A stretch of 64,000 nucleotides of DNA, from the NCBI GenBank assembly GCA_030425545.1, contig JAUIAC010000001.1:3132-67131 (forward strand), given 5' to 3'. Both the position numbers and the translations under genes were made by a program. This DNA is from a bacterium. GTDB taxonomy: Bacteria > Myxococcota_A > UBA9042. Positions 49,693-59,601 of this stretch are shown here, piece by piece; position 1 is the stretch's first letter; each line of letters opens with the position of its first letter. The notes beneath the pieces were generated by a model that saw only the letters and a list, made by a program, of their open reading frames with translations, was not told the origin of the DNA and searched no databases.

Positions 49693-51141
49693 CTACCGAC
49701 CGCGACGGCGACCACGACGGCCCCTGCGGCGCTTCTTCTTCGGCGGCGGGGCGGCGGCCTTCTTCAGCAGGTCGGCGTACTTGTCTTCCAACGCCTGGGA
49801 CGCGAAACGGGTCGAGAGCGCGAGGCTGTAGCGCTCCTTGCAGAGCTTGGTGTCCCCAGCCTTGCAGGCGGTGTCGCCGTCGAGCTCCAACACCCCCGCG
49901 ATGGCCTTCAACGCGGCGTCGGCGTCCGCCCGATAGACGGACTCCTTGGGGATCAGCTGGTGCTGTCGAATCGCCTCGCCGTAGGTCTTGGCGGCGAAGG
50001 CGGCCTCGGCTTTGACGAAGCGCGCGCCCGCCTTCTTCTCCGCCGTGATCCGGTTGAGGGCCTTCGTCGGCTTGCTCTCGGTGGGATCGAGTCGACGCGC
50101 CTCTTTGTAGGCTCGCTCCGCCTTGTCCCACTGCCGACCGTTCATGGCCTCGCGCCCCTTCTCCAGCAGCTCGTCGTACTCCTTGAGGCGCTTGGCGCGC
50201 TTGGCCTCGAGCGCCGCGGCCTTGGCCTTCATGTCTGCCGCGCCCTCGCCCTCGTCGCGCTGGGCCTCGCTGGCCGAGATGGCAGGCGAGATCCACCTGT
50301 CGTAGGCGAAGCCGACGATGACGACGAGCCCCGTGATCGCCAGCACAATGACAGCCACGGCGGCGACCTGGGGCAGCATCGAGGAGCGCTCGGGTGGCTG
50401 TTGCTGCTCGTAGTAGTCGGGAAAGGCGTCCCCATAGGAGCTGATGGGCGCGGCCGGCCGGAACCCGGAGGCGCTCGCCGCATGCGGCGACGGTGCGGGC
50501 TCCTGCCACGGCTCAGGCACGGGCGCCTCGGTCTCTCCCTCCACCTGAAAGACAAAGCCCACCGTGCCAAAGCGCACCCGGTCGCCGTGGCGCAGGTCCT
50601 GCACGTCGATGCGGCGCTCGTTGACGTAGGTGCCGTTGGAGCTCCGCAGGTCCTCGACCACCACGCGGCCGTCGTCGTCCTGGGTGATCTTGGTGTGGAT
50701 ACGCGACACGGAGGGGTCGTTGATGACCAGCGTACAGTCTTTGCCGCGGCCGATCAGCGTCGTCGCCCGGTTCAGCTCGAAGGCCTCCGCGCCCCCGTGG
50801 ACGGGCACCAGGTGGGCGTAGGTGCTCGATCCCATCGGCCGCGCAAAGGCAGCGCCCTCGATGTGCAGGTAGAAGTCGCCGATGCGCACCTGTGCGCTGC
50901 GCGGCAGCTCGGTGACGTTGTAGATCCGCTTGCCGTTGAGCCAGATGCCATTGGCGGCGTTGAGATCCTCGATGTAGCAGCGCCCCTCGACGGTGAAGAG
51001 GCGGGCGTGCCGGCGAGAGACGTTGTCCGCCGCGAGGACGATGTCGCAGGACTGGCTGCGGCCGATGACGAACTCACCATCTTCAAACGAGTACTCGTCG
51101 ACGATCGCGCCGTACTTGTCCTCGATGATGAGCGTGAACAT
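49693..51141 (-). CDS. membrane-anchored protein with two N-terminal FHA domains and a C-terminal TPR-like domain
   Basis: Start MFTLIIEDKYG (ATG 51141). FHA 1 ...FVIGRSQSCDIVLAADNVSRRHARL...EDLNAANGIWLNG.... FHA 2 ...TLIGRGKDCTLVINDPSVSRIHTKI...DLRSSNGTYVNERRI.... One TM segment (AAVAVIVLAITGLVVIVGFAY). C-terminal helical domain and polybasic tail KKKRRRGRRGRRRGR. Confidence 0.75.
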   Translation of the reverse strand: MFTLIIEDKYGAIVDEYSFEDGEFVIGRSQSCDIVLAADNVSRRHARLFTVEGRCYIEDLNAANGIWLNGKRIYNVTELPRSAQVRIGDFYLHIEGAAFARPMGSSTYAHLVPVHGGAEAFELNRATTLIGRGKDCTLVINDPSVSRIHTKITQDDDGRVVVEDLRSSNGTYVNERRIDVQDLRHGDRVRFGTVGFVFQVEGETEAPVPEPWQEPAPSPHAASASGFRPAAPISSYGDAFPDYYEQQQPPERSSMLPQVAAVAVIVLAITGLVVIVGFAYDRWISPAISASEAQRDEGEGAADMKAKAAALEAKRAKRLKEYDELLEKGREAMNGRQWDKAERAYKEARRLDPTESKPTKALNRITAEKKAGARFVKAEAAFAAKTYGEAIRQHQLIPKESVYRADADAALKAIAGVLELDGDTACKAGDTKLCKERYSLALSTRFASQALEDKYADLLKKAAAPPPKKKRRRGRRGRRRGR

Positions 51142-51148
51142 GGGCTTC

Positions 51149-53218
51149 CTAGGCCTTGAGGTCGACCGCACGTAGGTCAGCGCCCTCGAGCGTCACCTCC
51201 ACGATGCGATCCAGGACTGCGCCGCCGTCCACGATGGAGAAGACACCGAGCACGTCGAGGGCCGCGACGGTGCGGGAGGCCGCGACCGCCATGGGCACAC
51301 CAGCGTAGCGGACCGCGTGCGCGTTGAGCGCGCGCTGCATGGCCTCCTCAGCGCTGCGGGCGTGGAGGAAGCCGAGCCAGGGCGCGATGCCGTCGCAGGC
51401 GTGGTCGATGAGACCGATGAGCTGCGCCGCGCCGCACTCCCCCAAGAGGATCCGGTCCGGCCGCAGCATGCGGGCCACGTGCAGCGCCTCGTCGCCCACC
51501 GCCGTGTCGAGGCGGATCACCTGCGGCTGCGACAGGTGCAGCCGCACACCTTGCTCCGTGACGACGATGCGCTCGGTGTCGGGGACCTCGCGCGCCAGCG
51601 CGTTGAGCACGGTGCGGCGGCCCGACCCCGCGGCGCCGACCAGCGCGATGCTCCGGCCCGCGAGCATGAGGTCTCGGAGCTGACCCGCGGCGTCCTCTGT
51701 GACCACGCCACGCCCCACCAGGTCGTCGAGCGAGGGCGCGTCACCCCGGGGCTTTCGAATCAACACCACCGGGCCGTTGGGGCACAGCGGGGGCCACGCC
51801 ACCCGCACCGTGGTGCCGTCCGCCAGGGTTCCGTCGACCCAGTGTCCAGCGCTGTCCGGCGCGCCGCTGGCTCGCACCAGGCGCTCCGCCGCCGACGAGA
51901 GCGCGGCCTGCCCGCTGAACCGGACCTCCGTCTCCTGGCGCTCGCTGTCCCGGTGGACCCAGATCTGCTCAGGGCCGTTGACCTCGATGGTCTCGACCGC
52001 GGCGTCGTCGAGCAGCGTCTCGAGCGGGCCGAGCCCGACCAGCTCGTAGATCAGATCGCGCTTGAGCCGGTCGAGGTCGAGCGTGTCCGGCAGGGAGGCG
52101 TGCTGACCGTCGACAAAGGCCACGACGCGCGCCTCCATCTCTGCCCACTCGGAGTCGCTCAGCTGTGCAGCGTCCCCGGTGAACGACCCGGCCAGCTCTT
52201 CACTGGCCTGCGTGTGGAGCAGGGCGAGCGCGTCGTAGTGCCCGCTAGGAGGGACAAAGGCGTCGCCCTCGGCGGTGCTCATCACCGGCATCGGGGCGGC
52301 GACGTCTGGCATGGACAGGTCGAGAGACAGATCCGGCGCCTGAACGCCCGAGACCGCGGCAGCGGCGGCGTCGAGGGCCGCGCCGAGCCCGTCGACCGGT
52401 CCAGTCATGCGATCGTCCACCGCCTCCATGGCCGCGACAGGGTCTGCCGCGACGACCGCCGCGTCGCCCACCATCGGAGCGGCCGCCTCACGGCGGGCCG
52501 CGATCTCGGCCATGGCGTCGCTCGCGGCGTCACCGAGCTGCGACAGGGTCGACTCGTCGAGCGCGTCCAAGGCCTCAAGCGGGGCGTCGGCCTCGCCGTC
52601 CAGGCCTGGACCGCCCTGGTCGGCCACAGGGGCGGCGAAGGGGTCGTCCGCACCGAAGGCGCCGCTGGCGAGGGCGTCGTCTGCGCTAGCGGCGTCGAAG
52701 GCCTCCGCGGCGAAGGCGTCGTCTCCAAAGGCGTCGTCGCCGAACGCGTCGGCGGAGAATTCGTCGGCGCCGAAGCCCGACGCGTCGAAGTCCGCGCCAC
52801 CGTCGGCCGACTGCGCCGGCTGGCTTGACGAGGAGACCGCGCGGCCACTCTCAGACGTCGCTGCGTCGAGGCCCAGGTCGTCGCCCAGCGGCGCCGCGTC
52901 GTCTGCTGCAGTGCCGTCGTTGGGCTGACCCAGGTCGAAGAACTGCATCACAAAGTCGCCCAGATAGGCCTTGTCTTCCGACCCCACCTCGACCGGCGTC
53001 GTGATGCGATGCCCGTTGACGTAGGTGCCGTTGGTGCTGCCGAGATCTTCGACCACGAACCGGGGGCCGTGCACGCGCACCAGGGCGTGACGCTTCGAGA
53101 TGTTCTGCTTGGGCAAGATGACGTCGTTGCCCTTGACCCGACCGATCATGATCTCGGGCTTGTCGAAGTGGAAGGTGTACACCTGCCCACTCTTCTCACG
53201 GATGGTGACGCTGAACAT
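51149..53218 (-). CDS. FHA domain protein fused to a CpaF/TadA (VirB11-like) secretion-ATPase fold with degenerate catalytic motifs
   Basis: N-terminal FHA (...IMIGRVKGNDVILPKQNISKRHALV...DLGSTNGTYVNGHRI...). Long acidic linker (about 200 aa, D/A/E-rich). C-terminal approximately 330 aa aligns by eye to CpaF. The Walker A position reads GAAGSGRRT instead of GSGKTT. The Walker B/Glu position reads IVVTEQGVRL instead of IEDAAEL. The conserved RMRPDRIIVGE block is retained (MLRPDRILLGE). Confidence 0.7.
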   Translation of the reverse strand: MFSVTIREKSGQVYTFHFDKPEIMIGRVKGNDVILPKQNISKRHALVRVHGPRFVVEDLGSTNGTYVNGHRITTPVEVGSEDKAYLGDFVMQFFDLGQPNDGTAADDAAPLGDDLGLDAATSESGRAVSSSSQPAQSADGGADFDASGFGADEFSADAFGDDAFGDDAFAAEAFDAASADDALASGAFGADDPFAAPVADQGGPGLDGEADAPLEALDALDESTLSQLGDAASDAMAEIAARREAAAPMVGDAAVVAADPVAAMEAVDDRMTGPVDGLGAALDAAAAAVSGVQAPDLSLDLSMPDVAAPMPVMSTAEGDAFVPPSGHYDALALLHTQASEELAGSFTGDAAQLSDSEWAEMEARVVAFVDGQHASLPDTLDLDRLKRDLIYELVGLGPLETLLDDAAVETIEVNGPEQIWVHRDSERQETEVRFSGQAALSSAAERLVRASGAPDSAGHWVDGTLADGTTVRVAWPPLCPNGPVVLIRKPRGDAPSLDDLVGRGVVTEDAAGQLRDLMLAGRSIALVGAAGSGRRTVLNALAREVPDTERIVVTEQGVRLHLSQPQVIRLDTAVGDEALHVARMLRPDRILLGECGAAQLIGLIDHACDGIAPWLGFLHARSAEEAMQRALNAHAVRYAGVPMAVAASRTVAALDVLGVFSIVDGGAVLDRIVEVTLEGADLRAVDLKA

Positions 53219-53274
53219 CCAACCTCCGGAGCCGCAGGACGGATCGCCGGACTAGAGCTGTCATCGACAGCGCG

Positions 53275-53315
53275 GCTGAAAAAAGGCCGTCGCCGCCCCC
53301 GATTTCGGGTCTGGA
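53275..53315 (-). terminator. possible intrinsic terminator downstream of thiE (imperfect GC hairpin followed by a U-run on the minus strand)
   Basis: + strand A6 (53269-53274) followed by GGCCGTCGCCGCCCCCGATTTCGGGTCTGGAGCGGCGCC. On the minus strand this is a hairpin (CCCGA/TCGGG core plus outer GC arms) then UUUUUU. Imperfect stem. Confidence 0.25.
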
Positions 53316-53463
53316 GCGGCGCCTATGGTCGGCAAGGGCAATCGTGCCGTCAAGGCGCAGTCCCCTGCCCTGGTCGGCGGTCGTCCCGGGTGCAACCGGG
53401 CGGTGAGAGCCACATTGGCGCGGCGTGGGACAGCCGGGGTGGCCGACCCGGCGCCGGGGGCGC

Positions 53464-54081
53464 TCAGCGGGGCGCGCGCCGCAGCCATCGCGCGACCGAC
53501 TCGGCGCCACGCAGCGCGGCGACGCCAGCAGCGCCCTCGGCCAACGCGAGGGGCGCCGTGCGCGCGTCGACCCCTCCGAGCGCGACGACGCGACCTGGAA
53601 ACCGGCGCGTGAGCGTACCGAGCCCCGCCAGCGTGTAGGGCGTCGCCCCGGGCTTGCTCAGGGTCGGCCACACGGGCGACACCACAGCGAGGTCGGCCCC
53701 GCCAGCCAGCGCTGCGGCGACGGCGGCCTGCGAGTGGCACGCCCGGAGGACGCGAGCCCCGGCCGGGGCAAACTGGTCCGCCGGTTCCGCGCGCTCGGGC
53801 AACCACAGCCACGCCAGGCGGCGATCGCGCGCCACGCTGCACACCTGCGCTGCAGTCGCGCCCCGCTCTCGCCCGCCGACGTTCAGCCCGACCACGGGTC
53901 CCCCGGGGACCTCGGCGAGGGCACACAGCTCCGCCAGCGGCCCGCGCCAGTCCGTGGCGTGCGCGTGCGGCATCCGCAGCACCAAGGCCACGTCGCCACC
54001 GCAGCCGAGGTCCGCGATCCGCGCGGCGCTGGCGAGCGAGGGCCCGCTGCCGTCGCACAAGGCAAAGAGCCGCGGTGTCAC
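53464..54081 (-). CDS. thiE: thiamine-phosphate synthase
   Basis: 205 aa. The GTG start overlaps the thiG stop. C-terminal ...[44 protein letters not shown]... matches the ThiE phosphate-binding region. Confidence 0.75.
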   Translation of the reverse strand: MTPRLFALCDGSGPSLASAARIADLGCGGDVALVLRMPHAHATDWRGPLAELCALAEVPGGPVVGLNVGGRERGATAAQVCSVARDRRLAWLWLPERAEPADQFAPAGARVLRACHSQAAVAAALAGGADLAVVSPVWPTLSKPGATPYTLAGLGTLTRRFPGRVVALGGVDARTAPLALAEGAAGVAALRGAESVARWLRRAPR

Positions 54082-54890
54082 GCGATCAAGCCGTCGAGGG
54101 GCGACGACGCGGTGGCGTAGAGCTTTCGCGGCATCCGCCCCGCGCGAAAGGCGAGCCGTCCGGCAGACGTCGCCAGCCGCATCGCGCGGGCCATCGCCAC
54201 CGGATCGTCTGCTGCCGCGATGGCGCTGTTCATCAGCACCGCGGCACAGCCAAGCTCCAGCGCCACGGCGGCGTCAGACGCGGTGCCGATGCCAGCGTCG
54301 ACCACCACCGGGACCGCGACCTCCTCAAGGATCAGCCGCAGGTTGTGTGGATTGCGCACGCCGAGCCCGCTGCCGATGGGCGCGGCCAGCGGCATCACCG
54401 CGGCGACGCCAGCGTCTTCGAGCCGCCGACACACGACCACGTCGTCGCCGCAGTAGGCCATGACCACGAAGCCCTCCTCGGCGAGCATCGCCGCGGCACG
54501 CACGGTCTCCTCGTTGTCGGGGTAGAGCGTCTTCGCGCAGCCGATCACCTCGAGCTTCAGCAGATCGCCCATGCCCGCCTCGCGAGCCAGGCGCGCCGTG
54601 CGCACGGCGTCCTCGGCGGTGTAGCACCCCGCCGTGTTGGGCAGGAGCGTGTGGCGGTCGAGGTCGATGGCGTCGAGCACGCTGGGCCCCTGCCCGCTGA
54701 GATCGACCCGCCGCAGCGCCACCGTGACCAGCTCTGCCCCGCTCTCGGCGATGGCGCGGCGGGCCTGCGCGATGTCGGCGTAGCGCCCCGTGCCCACGAG
54801 CAGGCGCGAGCGAAAGGTGTGCGGTCCGACCTGCCAGGTGTCGTCGTCGTCGACGCGGGTCGCTGCCATGACGTCGAGTTCTGCGGGCAT
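54078..54890 (-). CDS. thiG: thiazole synthase
   Basis: Start [10 protein letters not shown] (ATG 54890, GGAG RBS). ...[32 protein letters not shown]... and ...[61 protein letters not shown]... are canonical ThiG. Confidence 0.9.
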   Translation of the reverse strand: MPAELDVMAATRVDDDDTWQVGPHTFRSRLLVGTGRYADIAQARRAIAESGAELVTVALRRVDLSGQGPSVLDAIDLDRHTLLPNTAGCYTAEDAVRTARLAREAGMGDLLKLEVIGCAKTLYPDNEETVRAAAMLAEEGFVVMAYCGDDVVVCRRLEDAGVAAVMPLAAPIGSGLGVRNPHNLRLILEEVAVPVVVDAGIGTASDAAVALELGCAAVLMNSAIAAADDPVAMARAMRLATSAGRLAFRAGRMPRKLYATASSPLDGLIA

Positions 54891-55075
54891 GGAGGGCTCC
54901 TGGTCTCGCGGGCCCCAGGACAGGGCGCCGCGAGGGACGGTGGCGTGATTCGCGGGCGGCGGCAAGCCAGGGGGCCGACGGGGCCCTACCTGGCTTGGTT
55001 GCGAGCCGCGCCGGGCGCCCCTTATGCTCGCGCGCCCGCGCCGCCGGTCGGTCGGTCACCCAGGAGGAGCCCCCC

Positions 55076-56278
55076 ATGCCCGTGGTCGCGTCCCCAGAGC
55101 CTCAGCCCCCGGCGGGCTCGACGTCGACGACGCTGTCGGGGCTGAGGGTGGCGCTGGTCCACGACTGGCTGGTGACCCTACGCGGCGGAGAGCGTGTGCT
55201 CGACGCGTTCTGTGAGCTCTTTCCCGACGCGGCCGTGCACACCCTGGTCCGGCGTCCTGGCGTGGCCACGCCGCGCATCGAGGCCATGCGCCACGTCAGC
55301 AGCTTTGTCGACCGCGTCCCTGGCGCACGACAGCGCCACCGCTGGCTCCTGCCGCTGTACCCCTCGGCGGTGGAGCGCCTGCCGGTCGGCGACTGCGACC
55401 TGATCCTGTCGTCGAGCCACTGCGTCGCCAAGGCTGTGATTCCGGGGCCTGGGGCCGTGCACGTGTGCTACAGCCACACGCCGGTGCGTTATGCCTGGGA
55501 CCGCACAGACGACTACATCGACGGCACCAACGCCGCGGTGCGGCTGGCGCGCCCCGCCCTGAGCGCGGCGGCCACCTGGCTGCGCGGCTACGACCTGGAC
55601 ACCGTCGGTCGGGTGGACCACTTCGTCGCCAACAGCCACAACACGGCCGGCAAGATCCGCGCGTTCTACGGGCGCGAGGCGGCGGTTGTCGCGCCGCCAG
55701 TGGAGACCGAGCGCTTCGCGGCTCTGGAGCGCACCCACGGCGGCTACGACCTCGTGCTCTCCGGCCTGGTCCCCTACAAGCGCGTCGACCTCGCCGTGCA
55801 GGCCTACGCTCACCTGCCCGACCGACGCCTGGTGGTGGTCGGAGACGGACCGGAGTTCGAGCGCATCAGCCGGCTGGCGCCCCCCAACGTGGAGCTCCGA
55901 GGCCGCGTGCCGGAGTCGGAGCTCGCCGACTGGTACCGCGGGGCCGAGCTGCTGGTCTTCGCCGGTGAAGAGGACTTCGGCATCGTGCCGCTCGAAGCGC
56001 AGGCCTGCGGCGTGCCGGTCGTCGCCTTCGGCCGCGGCGGGGCCCTGGAGAGCGTGGTCGAGGGGGAGACCGGGGTCTTCTTCCACGAGCTGACCCCGCA
56101 GGCCCTCGCCGACGCGGTGCGGGCCCTGGTGGCCGCCGAGATCTCCGAGTCCGCCTGCCGCGCCAACGCGGCGCGCTTTCGTCGCGAGGTGTTCCTCGAC
56201 CGCATGCGCGTTGAGCTGAGCCGCGCCATCGAGGCCCACTCCGGGTTGGCGCGCCGGCGGCGGCTGGCGCAGCTGTGA
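55076..56278 (+). CDS. glycosyltransferase family 4 (GT-B, group 1)
   Basis: ATG 55076 with AGGAGG RBS. ...LRVALVHDWLVTLRGGERVL... N-terminal domain, then the C-terminal ...EDFGIVPLEAQACGVPVVAFGRGGALESVVEGETGVFF... EX7E-type motif. Confidence 0.8.
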   Translation: MPVVASPEPQPPAGSTSTTLSGLRVALVHDWLVTLRGGERVLDAFCELFPDAAVHTLVRRPGVATPRIEAMRHVSSFVDRVPGARQRHRWLLPLYPSAVERLPVGDCDLILSSSHCVAKAVIPGPGAVHVCYSHTPVRYAWDRTDDYIDGTNAAVRLARPALSAAATWLRGYDLDTVGRVDHFVANSHNTAGKIRAFYGREAAVVAPPVETERFAALERTHGGYDLVLSGLVPYKRVDLAVQAYAHLPDRRLVVVGDGPEFERISRLAPPNVELRGRVPESELADWYRGAELLVFAGEEDFGIVPLEAQACGVPVVAFGRGGALESVVEGETGVFFHELTPQALADAVRALVAAEISESACRANAARFRREVFLDRMRVELSRAIEAHSGLARRRRLAQL

Positions 56279-56333
56279 ACGCCAGGCGAGCGCCCGCAGC
56301 GCCGATGGTGATCCCGTCCGCACAGGCCCAGCC

Positions 56334-57632
56334 GTGAGCGGCGGGGGACGCTGGGCGCTCTCCGGGCGCATCCGCCGGAACATCGCGTGGAAGCTCGCGG
56401 GCACGGCGGCCGAGAAGAGCCTGCGCCTCGGCCTGGTGGTCACGGCCGCCCGCCTGCTGGGCCCCGAGGCCTGGGGTCGCTACACCTACGCCCTCACGCT
56501 GGCGCTCCTCTTCGTGCAGCTCACCGACCTTGGGCTCTCGCTCTTCCTCTCGCGTGAGGTGGCGCGCGCGGGGCGGGTCGACCGCGACTTTGTCGGTCAG
56601 GTGCTGGCGCTGAAGCTCGTGCTGGCGGCCGGCTACCTGGTCCTGCTGACCGGCCTCGCGCTGGGCCACCTGGACGAGCCGGTGATCGCCGCCGCGCTCG
56701 CGCTGAGCGCCGTGATCGCCCTGGGCCAGACCGCGCTGGAGGCAGCGCTGCACGTCTTCCGTGGCGTCCAGGACCTCAAGCTCGAGGCGCGCGCCGGGAC
56801 CGTGATGGCCGCGATTCAGGTCACGCTGGGCGGGCTCACGCTCGCGGTCGTGTGGGCGCTCGAGCTGTCCACCGATCAGGCGACCCTGGCCTACGTCGCG
56901 GCGCTCGCCGTCGCTGGCATCCTGGGCGCTGGCTACAGCTGGTCCATGGTTCGACCCATCGTCGTGCCGCGGGTTCGGCTGACGCGCGCCATGGTCCAGC
57001 GCTTCCGCGTCGAGGTGCTGCCGTTGGGCATCGCGATCGTCGCGAGCCTCATCTACTACAAGATCGACGTGCCGATGATCCGCGCCCTCCATGGCGACCT
57101 CGAGACCGGGTACTACACCGCGGGCTACAAGCTGCTGGAGGTCCTCGCGATCGTGCCGAGCGTGCTGATGGCCGCGACCTTCCCGGCCCTCAGCGAGACC
57201 GTGGACCGCGACCCGGCGCGTGCGCGCGCGCTGCACGGAGCGACCCTGCGGTGGCTGCTTCTGGCTGGGGGTGCCGCGGCGCTGGTGATCACGGTCGGCG
57301 CACCCTGGATCATCGCGCTGCTCTACGGCGATCGCTTCGACGGTGCGGTCGCGATCCTGCCGGCCCTGGCGCCGAGCGTCGTGCTCATGTTCGTCAACTA
57401 CCTCCAGACCCACATGTTGGTGGCGCTGGGGCTGGTGCGTCAGCAGATGCTCGTCTCGCTCGGCCTCGTGGCGGTCAACGTGGGGCTCAACGCCGTGTGG
57501 ATCCCGCTCTGGGGTGGCCGGGGCGCCGCGTACGCCACCGCGGTCACCGAGCTCGCGCTGCTCGTGGCGATCACCCCCATGGTCAGCCGCGCGCTGAAGC
57601 AGCGCAGCGCGTCGCTGCAAGGGGGCGTCTGA
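56334..57632 (+). CDS. polysaccharide/O-unit flippase (Wzx, MOP/PST family)
   Basis: GTG 56334. 432 aa with about 12 TM segments and the typical PST-family N-terminus (...NIAWKLAGTAAEKSLRLGLVVTAARLLGPEAWGRYTYALTL...). Confidence 0.65.
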   Translation: MSGGGRWALSGRIRRNIAWKLAGTAAEKSLRLGLVVTAARLLGPEAWGRYTYALTLALLFVQLTDLGLSLFLSREVARAGRVDRDFVGQVLALKLVLAAGYLVLLTGLALGHLDEPVIAAALALSAVIALGQTALEAALHVFRGVQDLKLEARAGTVMAAIQVTLGGLTLAVVWALELSTDQATLAYVAALAVAGILGAGYSWSMVRPIVVPRVRLTRAMVQRFRVEVLPLGIAIVASLIYYKIDVPMIRALHGDLETGYYTAGYKLLEVLAIVPSVLMAATFPALSETVDRDPARARALHGATLRWLLLAGGAAALVITVGAPWIIALLYGDRFDGAVAILPALAPSVVLMFVNYLQTHMLVALGLVRQQMLVSLGLVAVNVGLNAVWIPLWGGRGAAYATAVTELALLVAITPMVSRALKQRSASLQGGV

Positions 57633-59344
57633 TGCTGTCGCGCTGGCCACCTGCGCTGGCGAGGTCGAAGCAGTCCGCGCTCTCAGCCGCGGCCTGGTCC
57701 GTCGCCGCCGTGACCGCGCTCGGCCCGCTGGAGCTGCGCCACGCCATGGTCCCGCTCTTTGGGCTGCAGGTCTCGTCGGTGGAGGTGCTGGCCGGTGTCG
57801 CCCTGCTCTGCAACGGCTGGGCGGCGTTCACCCTACGCCGCGATCCGCTGGTCCGCCGCGGCGTACGTCGCCCGATCGCGCTCGCGCTGGTGCTGTGGGC
57901 CCTCGTCCACGTGGCGAGCGCGCTGTGGTCGGACGCGCCCGCGTACAGCCTCAAGTTCGGTCTGCGCGTGGTCGGCGGGATCGGTCTGGCCGTGAGCTGC
58001 GCCACCTTCGGCGCCCTTCGCCGCTACCGTCGCACCGTGGCCGTTGGCGTGATGAGCGGGCTGCTGCTGGTGACGCTGATCGCCGGGGTCGAGCGCGCGC
58101 TGGGCCAGGCGAGCGAGCCCTTCTTGCAGTGGTTTCGCGACGAGCCGACGTGGATGCTGGGCGAACCTCGCCTGTCGACTGTGTTTTATCACGCCAACAC
58201 GCTCGCGGCCTTCCTCGAGCTCACCTTCCCCTTTGTCCTGGTGGCGGCGTGCCTGCCCGTGGTCTCGCGCCGCCAACGGGTCGCCATGGCTCTGTGGGCC
58301 TTCGCGTGCGCGGCCATGCTCAGCCTGACCTACTCGCGGGCGGGCTTGCTCGCCGGGGTGCTCGCGAGCCTGTGCCTCGGCTGGTCTGCCCGCCGCGTGC
58401 TCGACCGCGGGCGCTTGGCGCGGGCGGCCTTCGCCTTCGCGGCGCTCCTGTCGGTCGCCTACCTGGGCAACCCCGACATGCGCGCGCGGCTCGGCTTCGG
58501 CAAGCGGGAGTACCGTGTGGACTATGCCTTCGACGGGCCGTGTGAGGGCGGACGGGCGGCGACGGTGCAGGTCCCGGTCACCGTCACCAATGAGGGCGAG
58601 TGGCCGCTGTCGGACCGACACGCGCCAGGCGAGCTCGGGTGGCTGATCTGGCCGCGCGAGGGCAAGCCCGATCCCCGCGCGTTCTCGTATCGCAAGCTGC
58701 CGGTGCTCGACAGAGGCGCGACCTTTCAGACCACGCTGGACGTGCACTTGCCTGACATCGCAGGCCCTTGGGAGCTCGTCTTGGACATCCGGCGCAAGGG
58801 GGTCATCTGGCTGAGCGCGACCGGCACGGAGGTCGGCCGCGCGACGTGCGTCGTCACGCCCGGGGCGGACGACCCGAAGGGGACCCCGCACACGCTGTCG
58901 CGCGCCGCGATTCAGCTACAGACCCGGCCTCTCGAGCTGGCACGCAAGCACTATTGGCAGGCCGCGCTCCGCCTCTTCGAAGCGCGACCCTGGCTCGGTC
59001 ACGGCGCCGACCGCTTTCGCTATCAATACCGGGGCTGGGTGCCCGACAAGGCCTGGGACGGCAGGGCGCGTGCCCACTCACTCGTCCTCGAGACCGCCGC
59101 AGACCTCGGGCTGCTCGGCCTCCTCGCCCTCGGCTTGCTCCTCGGCACGCTCGCGCCCATCTTCGTCACGCGACTCCTCGCGGGAGCGCCGCAGAGCCCC
59201 ATCGCGCTGGCGGCCACGGTGGCCTGCCTGGGCTTTGGCCTCCACAGCATGGTCGACTATTTCCTGGCCTACACACAGATCCTGCTGGTCGCCTGGCCCG
59301 TCCTCGGGCTGGCCGCAGCGCAGGCTCCGGAGAGCACGTCATGA
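57632..59344 (+). CDS. O-antigen ligase/polymerase family (Wzy_C) membrane protein with an inserted approximately 130 aa soluble domain
   Basis: The ATG 57632 overlaps the flippase stop. Multi-TM. The Wzy_C-like block ...[24 protein letters not shown]... is followed by a hydrophilic insert (...[28 protein letters not shown]...[23 protein letters not shown]...) and then ...[19 protein letters not shown].... Confidence 0.65.
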   Translation: MLSRWPPALARSKQSALSAAAWSVAAVTALGPLELRHAMVPLFGLQVSSVEVLAGVALLCNGWAAFTLRRDPLVRRGVRRPIALALVLWALVHVASALWSDAPAYSLKFGLRVVGGIGLAVSCATFGALRRYRRTVAVGVMSGLLLVTLIAGVERALGQASEPFLQWFRDEPTWMLGEPRLSTVFYHANTLAAFLELTFPFVLVAACLPVVSRRQRVAMALWAFACAAMLSLTYSRAGLLAGVLASLCLGWSARRVLDRGRLARAAFAFAALLSVAYLGNPDMRARLGFGKREYRVDYAFDGPCEGGRAATVQVPVTVTNEGEWPLSDRHAPGELGWLIWPREGKPDPRAFSYRKLPVLDRGATFQTTLDVHLPDIAGPWELVLDIRRKGVIWLSATGTEVGRATCVVTPGADDPKGTPHTLSRAAIQLQTRPLELARKHYWQAALRLFEARPWLGHGADRFRYQYRGWVPDKAWDGRARAHSLVLETAADLGLLGLLALGLLLGTLAPIFVTRLLAGAPQSPIALAATVACLGFGLHSMVDYFLAYTQILLVAWPVLGLAAAQAPESTS

Positions 59345-59550
59345 GCACGGCGAACCTGGTCCTCAACGGCGAGCCTCACGAGATCCCAGAGGGGACCACC
59401 GTCGCCGGCCTGCTCGCGTCGCTGGACATCGACGTGTCGCGTGTCGCCGTGGAGCGCAACCGCGTGGTGATTCGGCGCAAGGACCACGGGTCCGAGGTGC
59501 TCGCCGAGGGTGACGAGGTGGAGATCGTCACCTTCGTCGGCGGCGGCTGA
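59341..59550 (+). CDS. thiS: ThiS-like sulfur carrier protein (ubiquitin-fold, C-terminal GG)
   Basis: 69 aa, [69 protein letters not shown]. The ThiS pattern and terminal Gly-Gly are present. The ATG overlaps the TGA of the ligase gene (ATGA). Confidence 0.8.
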   Translation: MSTANLVLNGEPHEIPEGTTVAGLLASLDIDVSRVAVERNRVVIRRKDHGSEVLAEGDEVEIVTFVGGG

Positions 59551-59601
59551 GCCCGAGAAGCGGTGGGCGTGGCCGCAAGAACGGAGAAAAGGCGCAGTCT
59601 G

